From assembly GCF_009914755.1 (NCBI RefSeq), contig NC_060937.1: 64,000 nt of DNA, one strand, 5' to 3'. A program made the translations under genes and the position numbers. Origin of the DNA: the human T2T-CHM13v2.0 reference genome, Homo sapiens. The stretch's first letter is position 1; every line of letters starts with the position of its first letter. The notes under the pieces were generated by a model. The model did not search any database and was not told where the DNA came from. It saw nothing but the letters and a program-made list of their open reading frames with translations. Of this stretch, positions 44,251 through 59,460 are shown in pieces.

Positions 44251-44529
44251 AGATAGTTAATTTTTTTTTTTTTTTTTATATTTAACACTGATAGCTGTTT
44301 TTTGTTTTTTTTTTTTTTTTTTTTATTGTACTTTAAGTTTTAGGGTACATGTGCACATTGTGCAGGTTAGTTACATATGTATACATGTGCCATGCTGGTG
44401 CACTGCACCCACTAACGTGTCATCTAGCATTAGGTATATCTCCCAATGCTATCCCTCCCCCCTCCCCCGACCCCACCACAGTCCCCAGAGTGTGATATTC
44501 CCCTTCCTGTGTCCATGTGATCTCATTGT

Positions 44530-48379
<3,850 letters not shown>

Positions 48380-48418
48380 TCATTAGTTGATGCAGTTTCT
48401 TCCTAGTCTCGATGGTCT

Positions 48419-49435
48419 TTACATTTTGGCATGATTTTGCAGCAGCTGGTACCGGTTGTTCCTTTCCATGTTTAGCGCTTCCTTCAGGAGCTCTTTTAGG
48501 GCAGGCCTGGTGGTGACAAAATCTCTCAGCATTTGCTTGTCTATAAAGTATTTTATTTCTCCTTCACTTATGAAGCTTAGTTTGGCTGGATATGAAATTC
48601 TGGGTTGAAAATTCTTTTCTTTAAGAATGTTGAATATTGGCCCCCACTCTCTTCTGGCTTGTAGGGTTTCTGCCGAGAGATCCGCTGTTAGTCTGATGGG
48701 CTTTCCTTTGAGGGTAACCCGACCTTTCTCTCTGGCTGCCCTTAACATTTTTTCCTTCATTTCAACTTTGGTGAATCTGACAATTATGTGTCTTGGAGTT
48801 GCTCTTCTCGAGGAGTATCTTTGTGGCGTTCTCTGTATTTCCTGAATCTGAACGTTGGCCTGCCTTGCTAGATTGGGGAAGTTCTCCTGGATAATATCCT
48901 GCAGAGTGTTTTCCAACTTGGTTCCATTCTCCACATCACTTTCAGGTACACCAATCAGACGTAGATTTGGTCTTTTCACATAGTCCCATATTTCTTGGAG
49001 GCTTTGCTCATTTCTTTTTATTCTTTTTTCTCTAAACTTCCCTTCTCGCTTCATTTCATTCATTTCATCTTCCATTGCTGATACCCTTTCTTCCAGTTGA
49101 TCGCATCGGCTCCTGAGGCTTCTGCATTCTTCACGTAGTTCTCGAGCCTTGGTTTTCAGCTCCATCAGCTCCTTTAAGCACTTCTCTGTATTGGTTATTC
49201 TAGTTATACATTCTTCTAAATTTTTTTCAAAGTTTTCAACTTCTTTGCCTTTGGTTTGAATGTCCTCCCGTAGCTCAGAGTAATTTGATCGTCTGAAGCC
49301 TTCTTCTCTCAGCTCGTCAAAATCATTCTCCATCCAGCTTTGTTCCGTTGCTGGTGAGGAACTGCGTTCCTTTGGAGGAGGAGAGGCGCTCTGCGTTTTA
49401 GAGTTTCCAGTTTTTCTGTTCTGTTTTTTCCCCAT
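48419..49435 (-). CDS. L1 ORF1p, intact 338 aa
   Basis: MGKKQNRKTGNSKTQSASPPPK...; REKG, ARR and YPAKLS motifs intact. Confidence 0.96.
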   Translation of the reverse strand: MGKKQNRKTGNSKTQSASPPPKERSSSPATEQSWMENDFDELREEGFRRSNYSELREDIQTKGKEVENFEKNLEECITRITNTEKCLKELMELKTKARELREECRSLRSRCDQLEERVSAMEDEMNEMKREGKFREKRIKRNEQSLQEIWDYVKRPNLRLIGVPESDVENGTKLENTLQDIIQENFPNLARQANVQIQEIQRTPQRYSSRRATPRHIIVRFTKVEMKEKMLRAAREKGRVTLKGKPIRLTADLSAETLQARREWGPIFNILKEKNFQPRISYPAKLSFISEGEIKYFIDKQMLRDFVTTRPALKELLKEALNMERNNRYQLLQNHAKM

Positions 49436-50334
49436 CTTTGTGGTTTTATCTACTTTTGGTCTTTGATGATGGTGATGTACAGATGGGTTTTCGGTGTAGA
49501 TGTCCTTTCTGGTTGTTAGTTTTCCTTCTAACAGACAGGACTCTCAGCTGCAGGTCTGTTGGAATACCCTGCCGTGTGAGGTGTCAGTGTGCCCCTGCTG
49601 GGGGGTGCCTCCCAGTTAGGCTGCTCGGGGGTCAGGGGTCAGGGACCCACTTGAGGAGGCAGTCTGCCCATTCTCAGATCTCCAGCTGCGTGCTGGGAGA
49701 ACCACTGCTCTCTTCAAAGCTGTCAGACAGGGACACTTAAGTCTGCAGAGGTTACTGCTGTCTTTTTGTTTGTCTGTGCCCTGCCCCCAGAGGTGGAGCC
49801 TACAGAGGCAGGCAGGCCTCCTTGAGCTATGGTGGGCTCCACCCAGTTCGAGCTTCCCAGCTGCTTTGTTTACCTAAGCAAGCCTGGGCAATGGCGGGCG
49901 CCCCTCCCCCAGCCTCGTTGCCGCCTTGCAGTTTGATCTCAGACTGCTGTGCTAGCAATCAGCGCGATTCCGTGGGCGTAGGACCCTCTGAGCCAGGTGT
50001 GGGATATAGTCTCGTGGTGCGCCATTTTTTAAGCCGGTCTGAAAAGCGCAATATTCGGGTGGGAGTGACCCGATTTTCCAGGCGCGTCCGTCACCCCTTT
50101 CTTTGACTCGGAAAGGGAACTTCCTGACCCCTTGCGCTTCCCAGGTGAGGCAATGCCTCGCCCTGCTTCGGCTCGTGCACGGTGCGCGCACACACTGGCC
50201 TGCGCCCACTGTCTGGCACTCCCTAGTGAGATGAACCCAGTACCTCAGATGGAAATGCAGAAATCACCCGTCTTCTGCGTCGCTCACGCTGGGAGCTGTA
50301 GACCGGAGCTGTTCCTATTCGGCCATCTTGGCTC
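49436..50334. promoter_or_regulatory. L1 5'UTR: sense promoter (minus strand) and antisense promoter (plus strand); YY1 site intact
   Basis: CpG-rich L1 5'UTR; GGCCATCTTG (YY1 motif, reverse complement) at 50321-50330. Confidence 0.85.
49891..50106 (+). CDS. L1 ORF0 (antisense 5'UTR ORF), intact 71 aa
   Basis: MAGAPPPASLPPCSLISDCCASNQRDSVGVGPSEPGVGYSLVVRHFLSRSEKRNIRVGVTRFSRRVRHPFL, within ORF-track entry 49822..50106. Confidence 0.88.
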   Translation: MAGAPPPASLPPCSLISDCCASNQRDSVGVGPSEPGVGYSLVVRHFLSRSEKRNIRVGVTRFSRRVRHPFL

Positions 50335-50756
50335 GGGAAGTGATAGTTAATTTTTGAAAATTGATCTTAGTCTTTTGATTGAGAACTATAACACACACAG
50401 AGAAAAATGCAGGTGATATACAGGCACACGTAACAAATTAGTATAAGGTAAACATGTATCAAGAAATAGACTATTATAAACCATTCCACCATCCAGCACC
50501 CTTACTTTCATAGCATTTATTTATTTATTTTGCTTTTCTCTGTTGTTTTGTCACCTAAGTACACATGTCTAAATGCTATCATTTTGTTTTGTGTGATTGT
50601 GAACTTTATGTGAATAGAATTATTCATTTTTGCTGTATAGTCTGCAGGTTATTCAGTTTTGCTGCTGGGTACATTTATTCTTGTGAGTATACCAGAATGT
50701 ATTTAATCATTCTGTTACTGGGATTTTGTTTTCTTTTTTTTCTGCCATTTGAGTAA

Positions 50757-51068
50757 TTATGTTTTGTTTTGTTTTGTTTTGTTTTTAGAGACAGGGTCTC
50801 ACTCTGTTTCCCAGGCTGTAGTGCAGCGGTGTAATTGTAGCTTATTGTAGCTTCAAATTCGTGGGTTCAAGCGGTCCTCCCACCTTACCTTCTGAGCAGC
50901 TGGGACTGTAGGCATGCACCACTATGTCCAGTTATTTAAAAATATTTTTGGAAAGATGAGATTTCACTATATTTCTCAGACTGGTCTTAAACTTCTGGCT
51001 TCAAGTGATTCTCTCATCTTGGCCTTCCAAAGTGCTGGGATTACACACATGAGCCACTGCGCCTGGCT
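50757..51068 (-). mobile_element. AluJ
   Basis: (TTTTG)n tail, GAGACAGGGTCTCACTCTG, diverged and CpG-poor. Confidence 0.88.
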
Positions 51069-51579
51069 GCGTGTTGTGAATAAGGCTGTTATGTGGTATC
51101 CTGGAATGCCCCCTGGATACGTATGTGTACATGTGTCTGTAAGGAGTGTGCCTAGAAAGGGAGGGTGAAATCATATAAATGAATATCCTAGAATGTAAAT
51201 CTTGGTTCTAAAAATCCTGACAGGTTAACATTTCAGGCCAAGAATAACAAGAGGAAATTTATTAGGGAGAGTTGTACGCCCTGCTGGTGAATTCAAAATA
51301 TCAATGGTGCATGTTCAGAATGTCAAGGACCTGTCTTTACAACAGACACTTGGAAAAATATGTGGGTATTAGTTAACTAATATTCACCATAACAAGAGCA
51401 GCCTCACCACAATTAATGTAGATATACTATTGAAATTGAAATACAATGTCTAATATCCCAAGTTCATGATTTTACTTTTAGAATAATATATTCATGTCAG
51501 GGAGCCACCTGTAGTTAAGAATTTTATAAACTGGAATACTGCCTCAGTGTTTTGTTTGCTGCTCAGTATTTTGTTTGTT

Positions 51580-51925
51580 ATTATTGTTTGCTGGCTGCTG
51601 TAACCAGAATACCTTAGACTTGCTAATTTATAGACAACATAACTTTAGCTCTGGAGGCTGGGAAGCCCAAGAAAAGGCACCAGCAGATTTGGTGTCTGGT
51701 GGGGGCTCTCTGCTTCATACGTTGTGCCTTGTTACTGTGTCACTGGTACAAGGGGCAAGGGAACTCGCTCCAGCCTCTGTTATGAGGCACTAAACCTCTT
51801 CATGAGGGTGGAACCCTCATGACTTAATCACTTCCCAAAGGCCTCACCTCCTAATGTTATCCTGTTGGGTATTATAAGCCAGCATATGAATTCTGGGGGG
51901 ACACCAACATTCAGACTGTAACAAG
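51580..51925 (-). mobile_element. MLT1A/MSTD-type LTR
   Basis: CTGGAGGCTGGGAAGCCCAAG...GAATTCTGGGGGGACACCAACATTCAGACTGTAACA. Confidence 0.8.
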
Positions 51926-53465
51926 TCTATACAGAGGAAATAAACTAGAATGGCTAATGCCCAGAAAGAATAATGTGAAAAGTTTATCCTGGGAAGGTTT
52001 ACCGGGTAAAAGGGTAGAAAAATATAGTAGCTTTCACATAGAAAAATGATTATGCATAATTTGTTGTCTATACAGTTGACCTCTGACCAATGGGTGGTGT
52101 TGGAGATGGTTGCATTAAGGCATCCTTAATACGACTCATAATTTAACATAAATTGGATTCTAATAATTCCAAGAAAAGGAAAATGAGATCTTACAACACA
52201 TTTTGATACATCAAGAAGATGTTCCAACAGAAACAGGAATAGCATCTGCCTGAGATGTCTAAGATGTCCTGAGTTTAGTTGATGATTTTTTAGGGTCTTC
52301 TAAATATGTCTCCTTTTCCAGGAAGGCAGGAAGAATTTACAGCCTCAAATAGCAAAATCCTGGGTAACCTTTAAAATATCCCACTGGAAGCATTTTTAAA
52401 CTTTTTGAACAGAGAGGTGTTTCTTAGTCCTAAATTATAGCTTCCATTCACCATGCGTAATGTGACTTAGACAATTACACCAGTTTTCCATACAAATAAT
52501 TACTACTTGAAGAAGTGATAAAGTCAAAACAACGGAAAAAGTAACCTCTAAGGACAGATATTTAAAAAAAATGTTGGGCAAAATCACATGCCATAGTGAA
52601 TAACTCTTAGTGTGGTCTGCTGTATAGTTCTAGATTACCTCATTAGGACAATTTTAACGAGTAGAAAGAAATACAGTGTGGAGGGGTACTTACTGAGAAA
52701 AAAAGAATATCAGAAATAAAAATGCTTTAGAAATTCATGATTATTTTAATTTTCTAAGATAACTTAATGGAATTATACATCTCTATCATGCCAAAGGATG
52801 CACATAAATTTAGTAATGTGATCGCAGATTAACACACTTTTTCAAAAGAATAGAGACACCAACTTTAAGCATCTTGGAATAGATGCTGCTTTAAAAGTGT
52901 TGAAAATAGAAAAAAAAAGAAATTGTATTATGTGGATATTTCCATAATTTTAAAAGATCAGTAGCATAAACACATTTCTTGAGTCTGCATCTTGGTCATC
53001 TTACCAGAGGCAAGAAGTCCAAATTTCACACAGGTGAGCACTGAATAGTTTAATCTTGCATCGCAGATGGCTCCAGGTCAGTGGCCAATAATGATTTGTA
53101 ACATGCCAATGATGGTGTAGGAAAGCCAGCTCTCTCCACAGAGTGCAGCCTGCTTTATAAAGTAAAACAGGCTGGTGACTTTTTCTGCATGGTGGAACTC
53201 AAAGTTCCCTTTTCTCTCTTTCTTTGTACTCCCACCCCTCTGTTTTTTCTATTTCTTTCTCTGTTTGTTTCTTCCTTTTTTCTATTTCTGCCTTCTAATC
53301 TGCGGATTTGACTGCATTTAGTGGTTCTGTTCTCTTGATTCTGTAAAAGTACTGCATGTATAAGCCAATTGGAAACTTGTATAGATATCATACATAAATT
53401 TGAACACTGGAAATAATGGAAACAAACACAAGATTTGCTTGGCCAAAATAAACAATATGCAAAAT

Positions 53466-53503
53466 ACACACACACACACACACACACCCACACACACACA
53501 CAC
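53466..53503. repeat. (CA)n microsatellite, interrupted
   Basis: Visible directly. Confidence 0.9.
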
Positions 53504-56296
53504 CCCACCAGAAAAAAATCAAACTTTTACACTAAGTCCAGACATTTTTAAGAGTTTACAAAGGCTATCTAAGCATTATGCAAAAATAATGCTAGGAAGA
53601 CCATTTGTAGGAGTCAAAGTAAATGTACCCGGGAATGAATCCTTTATGTCTTGTTTGCCTTAGGAAAAGGAATTGAAATTAGTGACATTATATAAAAAAA
53701 CTGAAAACATAAGTTTTGAGAAGATGAGTACTTGTACACTTGAATACTGTTCGTGTTTTAATTAAAAAATTGTTTTAATATACCATATCTAGAGGAAGCG
53801 TATTTTTTGACCCTGAGACTATAACCCTGGGGCCATCAGTTTACAAGATAGCAACTTACTAGAATTATTTTTGAGTGCATTTTCGCTGAGAAAATAATAA
53901 ATGTGAAGATAAAACATTTAACATTCATTTTCCGTAGTTATGCCTTCTTGTCTCCTTCCCTCTCTCCTCTCCTTTTTCTCTCTCCTTCTATGTGACCTGG
54001 GCAAGTCATTTAATATCACCATCATGGTGTTCTAATTTATAAATTATATGTCGTAAGATCTGTCTGGTATGCTTCAGTTTTAGTGAGAATCAAATTATGC
54101 ATGTGAAATTATTTACAAAACGATAATATGCACATTGTAATAGATGCATACACAATTATGTATCTCTGAAGGTAAAATATGCAACTGAAATGGCAATGAA
54201 ACCCCATATCATTTTATTTGAAAAAAATCCAATTTATGTGTGATTAAAGATATAATCAGACCATATCTGGTTTTTAGATATTAGAGAATATTTTATCTCT
54301 TTGTTGTGAATTTTAATCTCTCAGTTTAGCAATTTGCAAATAACTACTCATTTGGGGAATTATTAATCTTGATTCATTGCATTAATAAAATATGGCACAT
54401 TAAACAAAATTGCTATTTGTCAAGGAGAAAATCGGTTAGTAAAAATCTATTGACAATCCGATACATTTTTACAATTTATTAATACATTGAAATGTTCATC
54501 AGTCTCAGATACATTCAAGCCAATAAACTTTTAACACACCCTGTAGTATGGATGCATACAATTTAAAAGCATAGAAGACAAATGAGATTATAATAGAATC
54601 AAAGTGTGCAGTGATCACATTGAACTAAATTCCCTATGTATAGACAGTAAGCTTTCTCTTCCAATGATAACTCGCAGTGGATGTTGCCGATGCTTCTCTT
54701 CTGAGTCAGTAGAGGATTGGAATTAATTACAATTTGGGCTAAGGGGCCTCAAATGAGTCTGTGCAATGGGTGATTCCCATCTTCCACGTGTTCTTTCCTC
54801 CCACGTCCCCATCTCTCTTTTTCCTTCTTTCCTTCCTTCCTTTCTCCCTCTTTCCCTCCTTTGCTCTTCTTCTGTCACTTCCTCCATTTCCTTTCTTTCC
54901 TTTCTTCTTCCTTTTATCCAAAATGTATATAGGTCTATTTTGCTAGGTATGAGATGAAAGCAGCACAAGCTATATTCTCCAACCTTCTACAGTCAAACTG
55001 GGGAGGCTGGAAATAAACATGTGTGACAGCCTATCTCAGGAGGGGGAGACAACAGAAAGTGTTAGAGAAATTTAGGAAGAAGCAGATTAGTGAGACTAGA
55101 ATAGATAAGGAGACTTCACGAGGGTGTTGTACTTCTTAAAGGGTGCCTGAAAGACAGATACAATTAAGTGATATAAGTAATCAATACAGACTATATAAGA
55201 TTTTATGGTTTATTAAATATTATTTTGCAAGTCAGCACTGACTAGCAAGGAGAGCAAACAATGGAAACTTTAAAAATGAATTCCAACTTATTTTAATTAT
55301 CTACAAAGTCTATTTCCAAAACAGCTATCTGTTAGAGGGGAAGAGTCTTGTTTTTTAATTCTTTTGATCTCAAACATAATTGCCTGTAATATAAATGTAT
55401 TAGGTGCCTGCATACTACTTACTGCGGTCACCTTTTGTGCAGCTACCTGGTAAATGGCACTATTCAAACTGATAAGTGTGCTCTTTATGTCTGATAATCT
55501 ACCTCTGAACCTGACATTTGGGACCTTAAGTAGCTTTGCTTGTAAATGTAATTATATATAATGATCTGTTTTGTAAATAGAATGGCTTTTCTTTCCTGTG
55601 ACTAGTCAACAAAATCTGAATGTGGAAAAAAAATAACAGAAGAAATGGAGCATTAGAGATTTCAGAAAAAGTTCCTATTTTGTATACGTTTTATACTTTC
55701 TCTAGATGTACATTAAGTACAGTTTCATCATTATTAATCTGCAATGATATAAATATGACTTGAATTTATCTAAACATTGGTTGGAGGCAGACTGAATTTG
55801 TTGACTTTGCATTTCCCCCAGTCTTTCTTCTCAATAGAATATTTCTAGTATTGTGTACACAGGTTTCCCAATAAATAGTTATTAATTATCTTCCAAATGT
55901 GAAAACAAATTGAAGGTCAGGAAGGGAAGAGGAAAACAAATTTAAGTACAAAGACTGTTTTGCACAGCTATTGTTCATGTCTTGGAAAGGAATCTTCTTA
56001 CCCTGCTTTGATGTAGCCCAGAACTGGGCCAGAATCTTGGAGACCCCCAAATTCTTCCCTGTTCAGAAAGCAATGACTTCTATGAATTATAAGATTCAAC
56101 TAATATGCTAAAAAGAAAATCTGGCAAGTCTATTGCTATTTGTTTACTGAATAATGAACAAATAGCTATATAACTAAATTACATTTAACATGTTCCTTTT
56201 TTTCCCACATGGATTTACAATTGTATTTCAGCGAAGAGTCCAGTTCTTGAATCCTGTAATTTCTAAGAACATAGCAATATCTCACTTTTCATGAGT

Positions 56297-56826
56297 GTAT
56301 AATCTTCCTAGGGCTAGCATGACAAAATCCCCCAAACTGGGTGGCTTTAACAACATAAATTTACTGTCTCATAATAAATTGACTCCAATAAATTTGGAGA
56401 TTTATTGACTCCCATAAATCTTGGTGTCTAGAAGTCCAAGATCAAGATGTGAGCAGGGTTGAGTCCTCCTGAGGGTGGTGAGGTAGAATCTACCCCATGC
56501 CTCTTTCCTACCTTCTGGTGACTGCCTGGCAATCTTTGGTGTTCCTCGGCTTGTAGATCTCTGCTTTGTCTTCACAGGATCCTTACCATGTGGGGTGTGT
56601 GTGTTTGTGTGTGTGTGTGTGTGTGTCTGTGTGTCTGTCTGTCTCAATGTCTAAATTTCTGCATTTCATAAGGACAAAAGCCTACTCTCATAACCTCATC
56701 TTAATGAGGTATATCTGCAATGACCCTACTTGGAAATAATTCCAAATAGGGTCATATTCTGAGGTACTTGGAGTTAGGTCTTCAATATATGAACTTGGGG
56801 CAGGGGCACACACTTCAATCCATAAC
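56297..56826 (-). mobile_element. MLT1B/C-type LTR containing (TG)n
   Basis: AAACTGGGTGGCTTTAACAAC...AGAAGTCCAAGATCAAG...CAATCCATAACA. Confidence 0.8.
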
Positions 56827-57657
56827 AAAAAATGCCATAGAAAAGCCTCAATCCTTTCTACATAGAGCAATTTAGACAGAGGATAACATTAAATATGGAA
56901 ATAGACATTACAGGGACTTAGTGAAATGAATGCTGGGGTGGATGAGGTCTCATGTGCAGTGGCCCCAGTGACAGTGAAACAGACGCATCTGCTTGATGCA
57001 AATCAGGGTTCCCAGGGACCTACCAGGGAGGAGACATCTTGAGAGTTGAAGAGCATGTGGACCTTGGTCCAGTGAGCAAGAAGCTCAACTCCAACATATC
57101 TAAGAGGAAACTCAGATTTCTGAATAAACTTGCACTTTTCCTGAATTTCCTGGAGCCAATGGAAACTGAGTCTGCCCTCCTCCATCGTATCTGTTTCCAT
57201 TGCCGCTGCCCAGCTTCGGGCCTTACTTTCAGATGCCAGTGCCCTGGCCGGCAGTCTCCCATGACGTTTCTGGCAGTAGCATCTTCCCTTTATCATGCTT
57301 CCTGCACATCACTACCTGATTCATCTCCTTAGCACCAGTTTGTTCATTATTCTGCAGACCACAAACCTTCAATGTCTTCCCACCACCTTCCCATCTTATT
57401 CAATCTTATTCAAGCTCTTGACCCCAGCAGTCAAATCTTTTCAAAACCTGGCCTGAGCCTCCCTTTCTCATGTCAACATTCAGTAAAGTTAAAGGGTCTC
57501 AGCTCTGGAAGACTTTAGAGGTCATCTGGTTTAACCCTGCACCACATGCATGAACCCTACAACATCCCAGCCAAGTGTGCGTGTCTTATTTCTGCCTCCT
57601 GTTCCAGGAACTTTACCTCGTTACCCCACTGACCTGTGTGCATGACATTTCAAGTGT

Positions 57658-58436
57658 TGATATAGTGTAGATATCTGTCCCCACCCAAATCTCACATTGA
57701 ATTGTAATTTCCAGTATTAGAGGTGAGGCCTGTTGGGAGGTAGATTGGATCCTAGGCGTGGATTTCTCATGAATGGTTTAGCACCATCCTTTTGGTGCTG
57801 TCCTCATGATAGCGAATGAGTTCTTGCAAGATCTGGTCATTTATAAGTGTGTGGCACTGGCCGGGTGCGGAGGCTCACGCCTGTAATCCTAGCACTTTGG
57901 GAGGCCGAGGTGGGTGGATTGTCTGAGCTCAGCTGGAAACCAGCCTGGGCAACACAGTGAAACCCCATCTCTACTAAAAATACAAAAAAAATTAGCCTGG
58001 GGTGGCAGTGTGCGCCTGTAGTCCCAGCTACTCAGGAGGCTGAGGCAGGAGAATAGCTTGAACCTGGGAAGCAGAGGTTGCAGTGAGCCGAGATTGCGCC
58101 ACTGCACTCCACTCCAGCCTCGGCAACAGGGCAAGACTCCGTCTCCAAAAAAAAATAAATAAATAAATAATAAAAAATAAAGTGTGTGGCACTTCCCCTG
58201 ACTCTCTCCCTCTCTCTTCTGTTTTCGCCATGTGAATTACCTGCTTCCCCTTCACCTTGCACCATGATTGAAAGCTCCTTGAAGCTTCACCAGAAGCTGA
58301 GCAGATGCCAGCACCTTGCTTCTTGTAAACCCTGTATAACTGTGAGCCAGTTAAACATCTTCTTTTTAAAAATAAATTATCCAGTCTCAGATATTTCTTT
58401 ATAGCAATGTAAGAACTGTAAGAACAGCTTAATACA
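57658..58436 (+). mobile_element. MSTA/MSTB solo LTR split by an Alu
   Basis: TGATATAG...AATACA termini; 5-bp TSD AGTGT at 57653-57657 and 58437-58441. Confidence 0.88.
57859..58179 (+). mobile_element. AluS nested in the MST LTR
   Basis: 14-bp TSD AAGTGTGTGGCACT at 57845-57858 and 58180-58193. Confidence 0.93.
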
Positions 58437-59299
58437 AGTGTGTGCGTGTGCTTTCTCATTTCTGTGTCTTTCTTTGTGCCATGATCCTCTTTGAAACACC
58501 TTCACCTTTGCCTTACCTCACCAGTGGATTTTACCCCCATCATTCTCCACTATGAAAAATGATTATAACCTCTGGAGCATGGATTGGGATTGTGTGTGAT
58601 GACAGGGGTAATGACATATATGAGATAAATGATTAAGAGTGAGACGATAATAGAAATAAGAGAAAAAAACAAATGGAATTTGGATATGCAGGTTTGTTTT
58701 GAAGGGTTGGATATTTTACATAAAATTTATTTTTGAAAATATAAAGATGGGCTTTTAAAATCATTTGCTTGTTTAATATTGTTTCTGATTTCAAGTTAAA
58801 ATGATTGCCCTATAATTTATATTTTTAAAACTTTTTTAAAAAAATCAAACTTGTAAAATAATAGTTCATATTCAGAACTGAAATAAGAGAGTGAAGTGTC
58901 TGGGAGTGTGAGGACTAGAGTCCACTCAACACACAGACTTTACCTCTGGTTCCCAGCGAGAACGACCATTCAAAATCACCTAGGACACCATGAGATAACG
59001 TGTGATGAGTGCTTACAGGGGAAACCAAACTCACTTACCTCAAAAAATACATTTTATAGTAGTGCATTATTGCCTCAAAAATAATTTTGTTTTATGTATA
59101 GACTAGGATGCAATAAAATCCATAGCTAAATTATTTAGCTCTCCCCAGTTTGAAGTGCACGTCAGGTGTTAGGCACCTAATGAAAATAATTGAATTAATG
59201 AAATGACGGATACCATTCCCTAAGCATTGTGAGTGCTGTGCTCTGCTCACAGTCCTCGAGCCATGTGGGGAGGTTGCTGTGTTTTATTATTTCACTTGA

Positions 59300-59460
59300 A
59301 TGTGCATTTATTTGCTGTGGGGATGACCCTGTGCATCTGGCCTTTACCCTAGATGATAGAAGCACACACTACCCCCCAGTTTTGATGACTAAAAATGTCT
59401 TCAGACATCGTTACAATGTTTAGGGGGCAAAATCACCTGAAGTTAAAAACCGCTGATCTT
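59300..59460. mobile_element. MER20-like fragment
   Basis: TGACTAAAAATGTCTTCAGACATCG...GGGGGCAAAATCACC..GTTAAAAACCGCTG. Confidence 0.7.
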
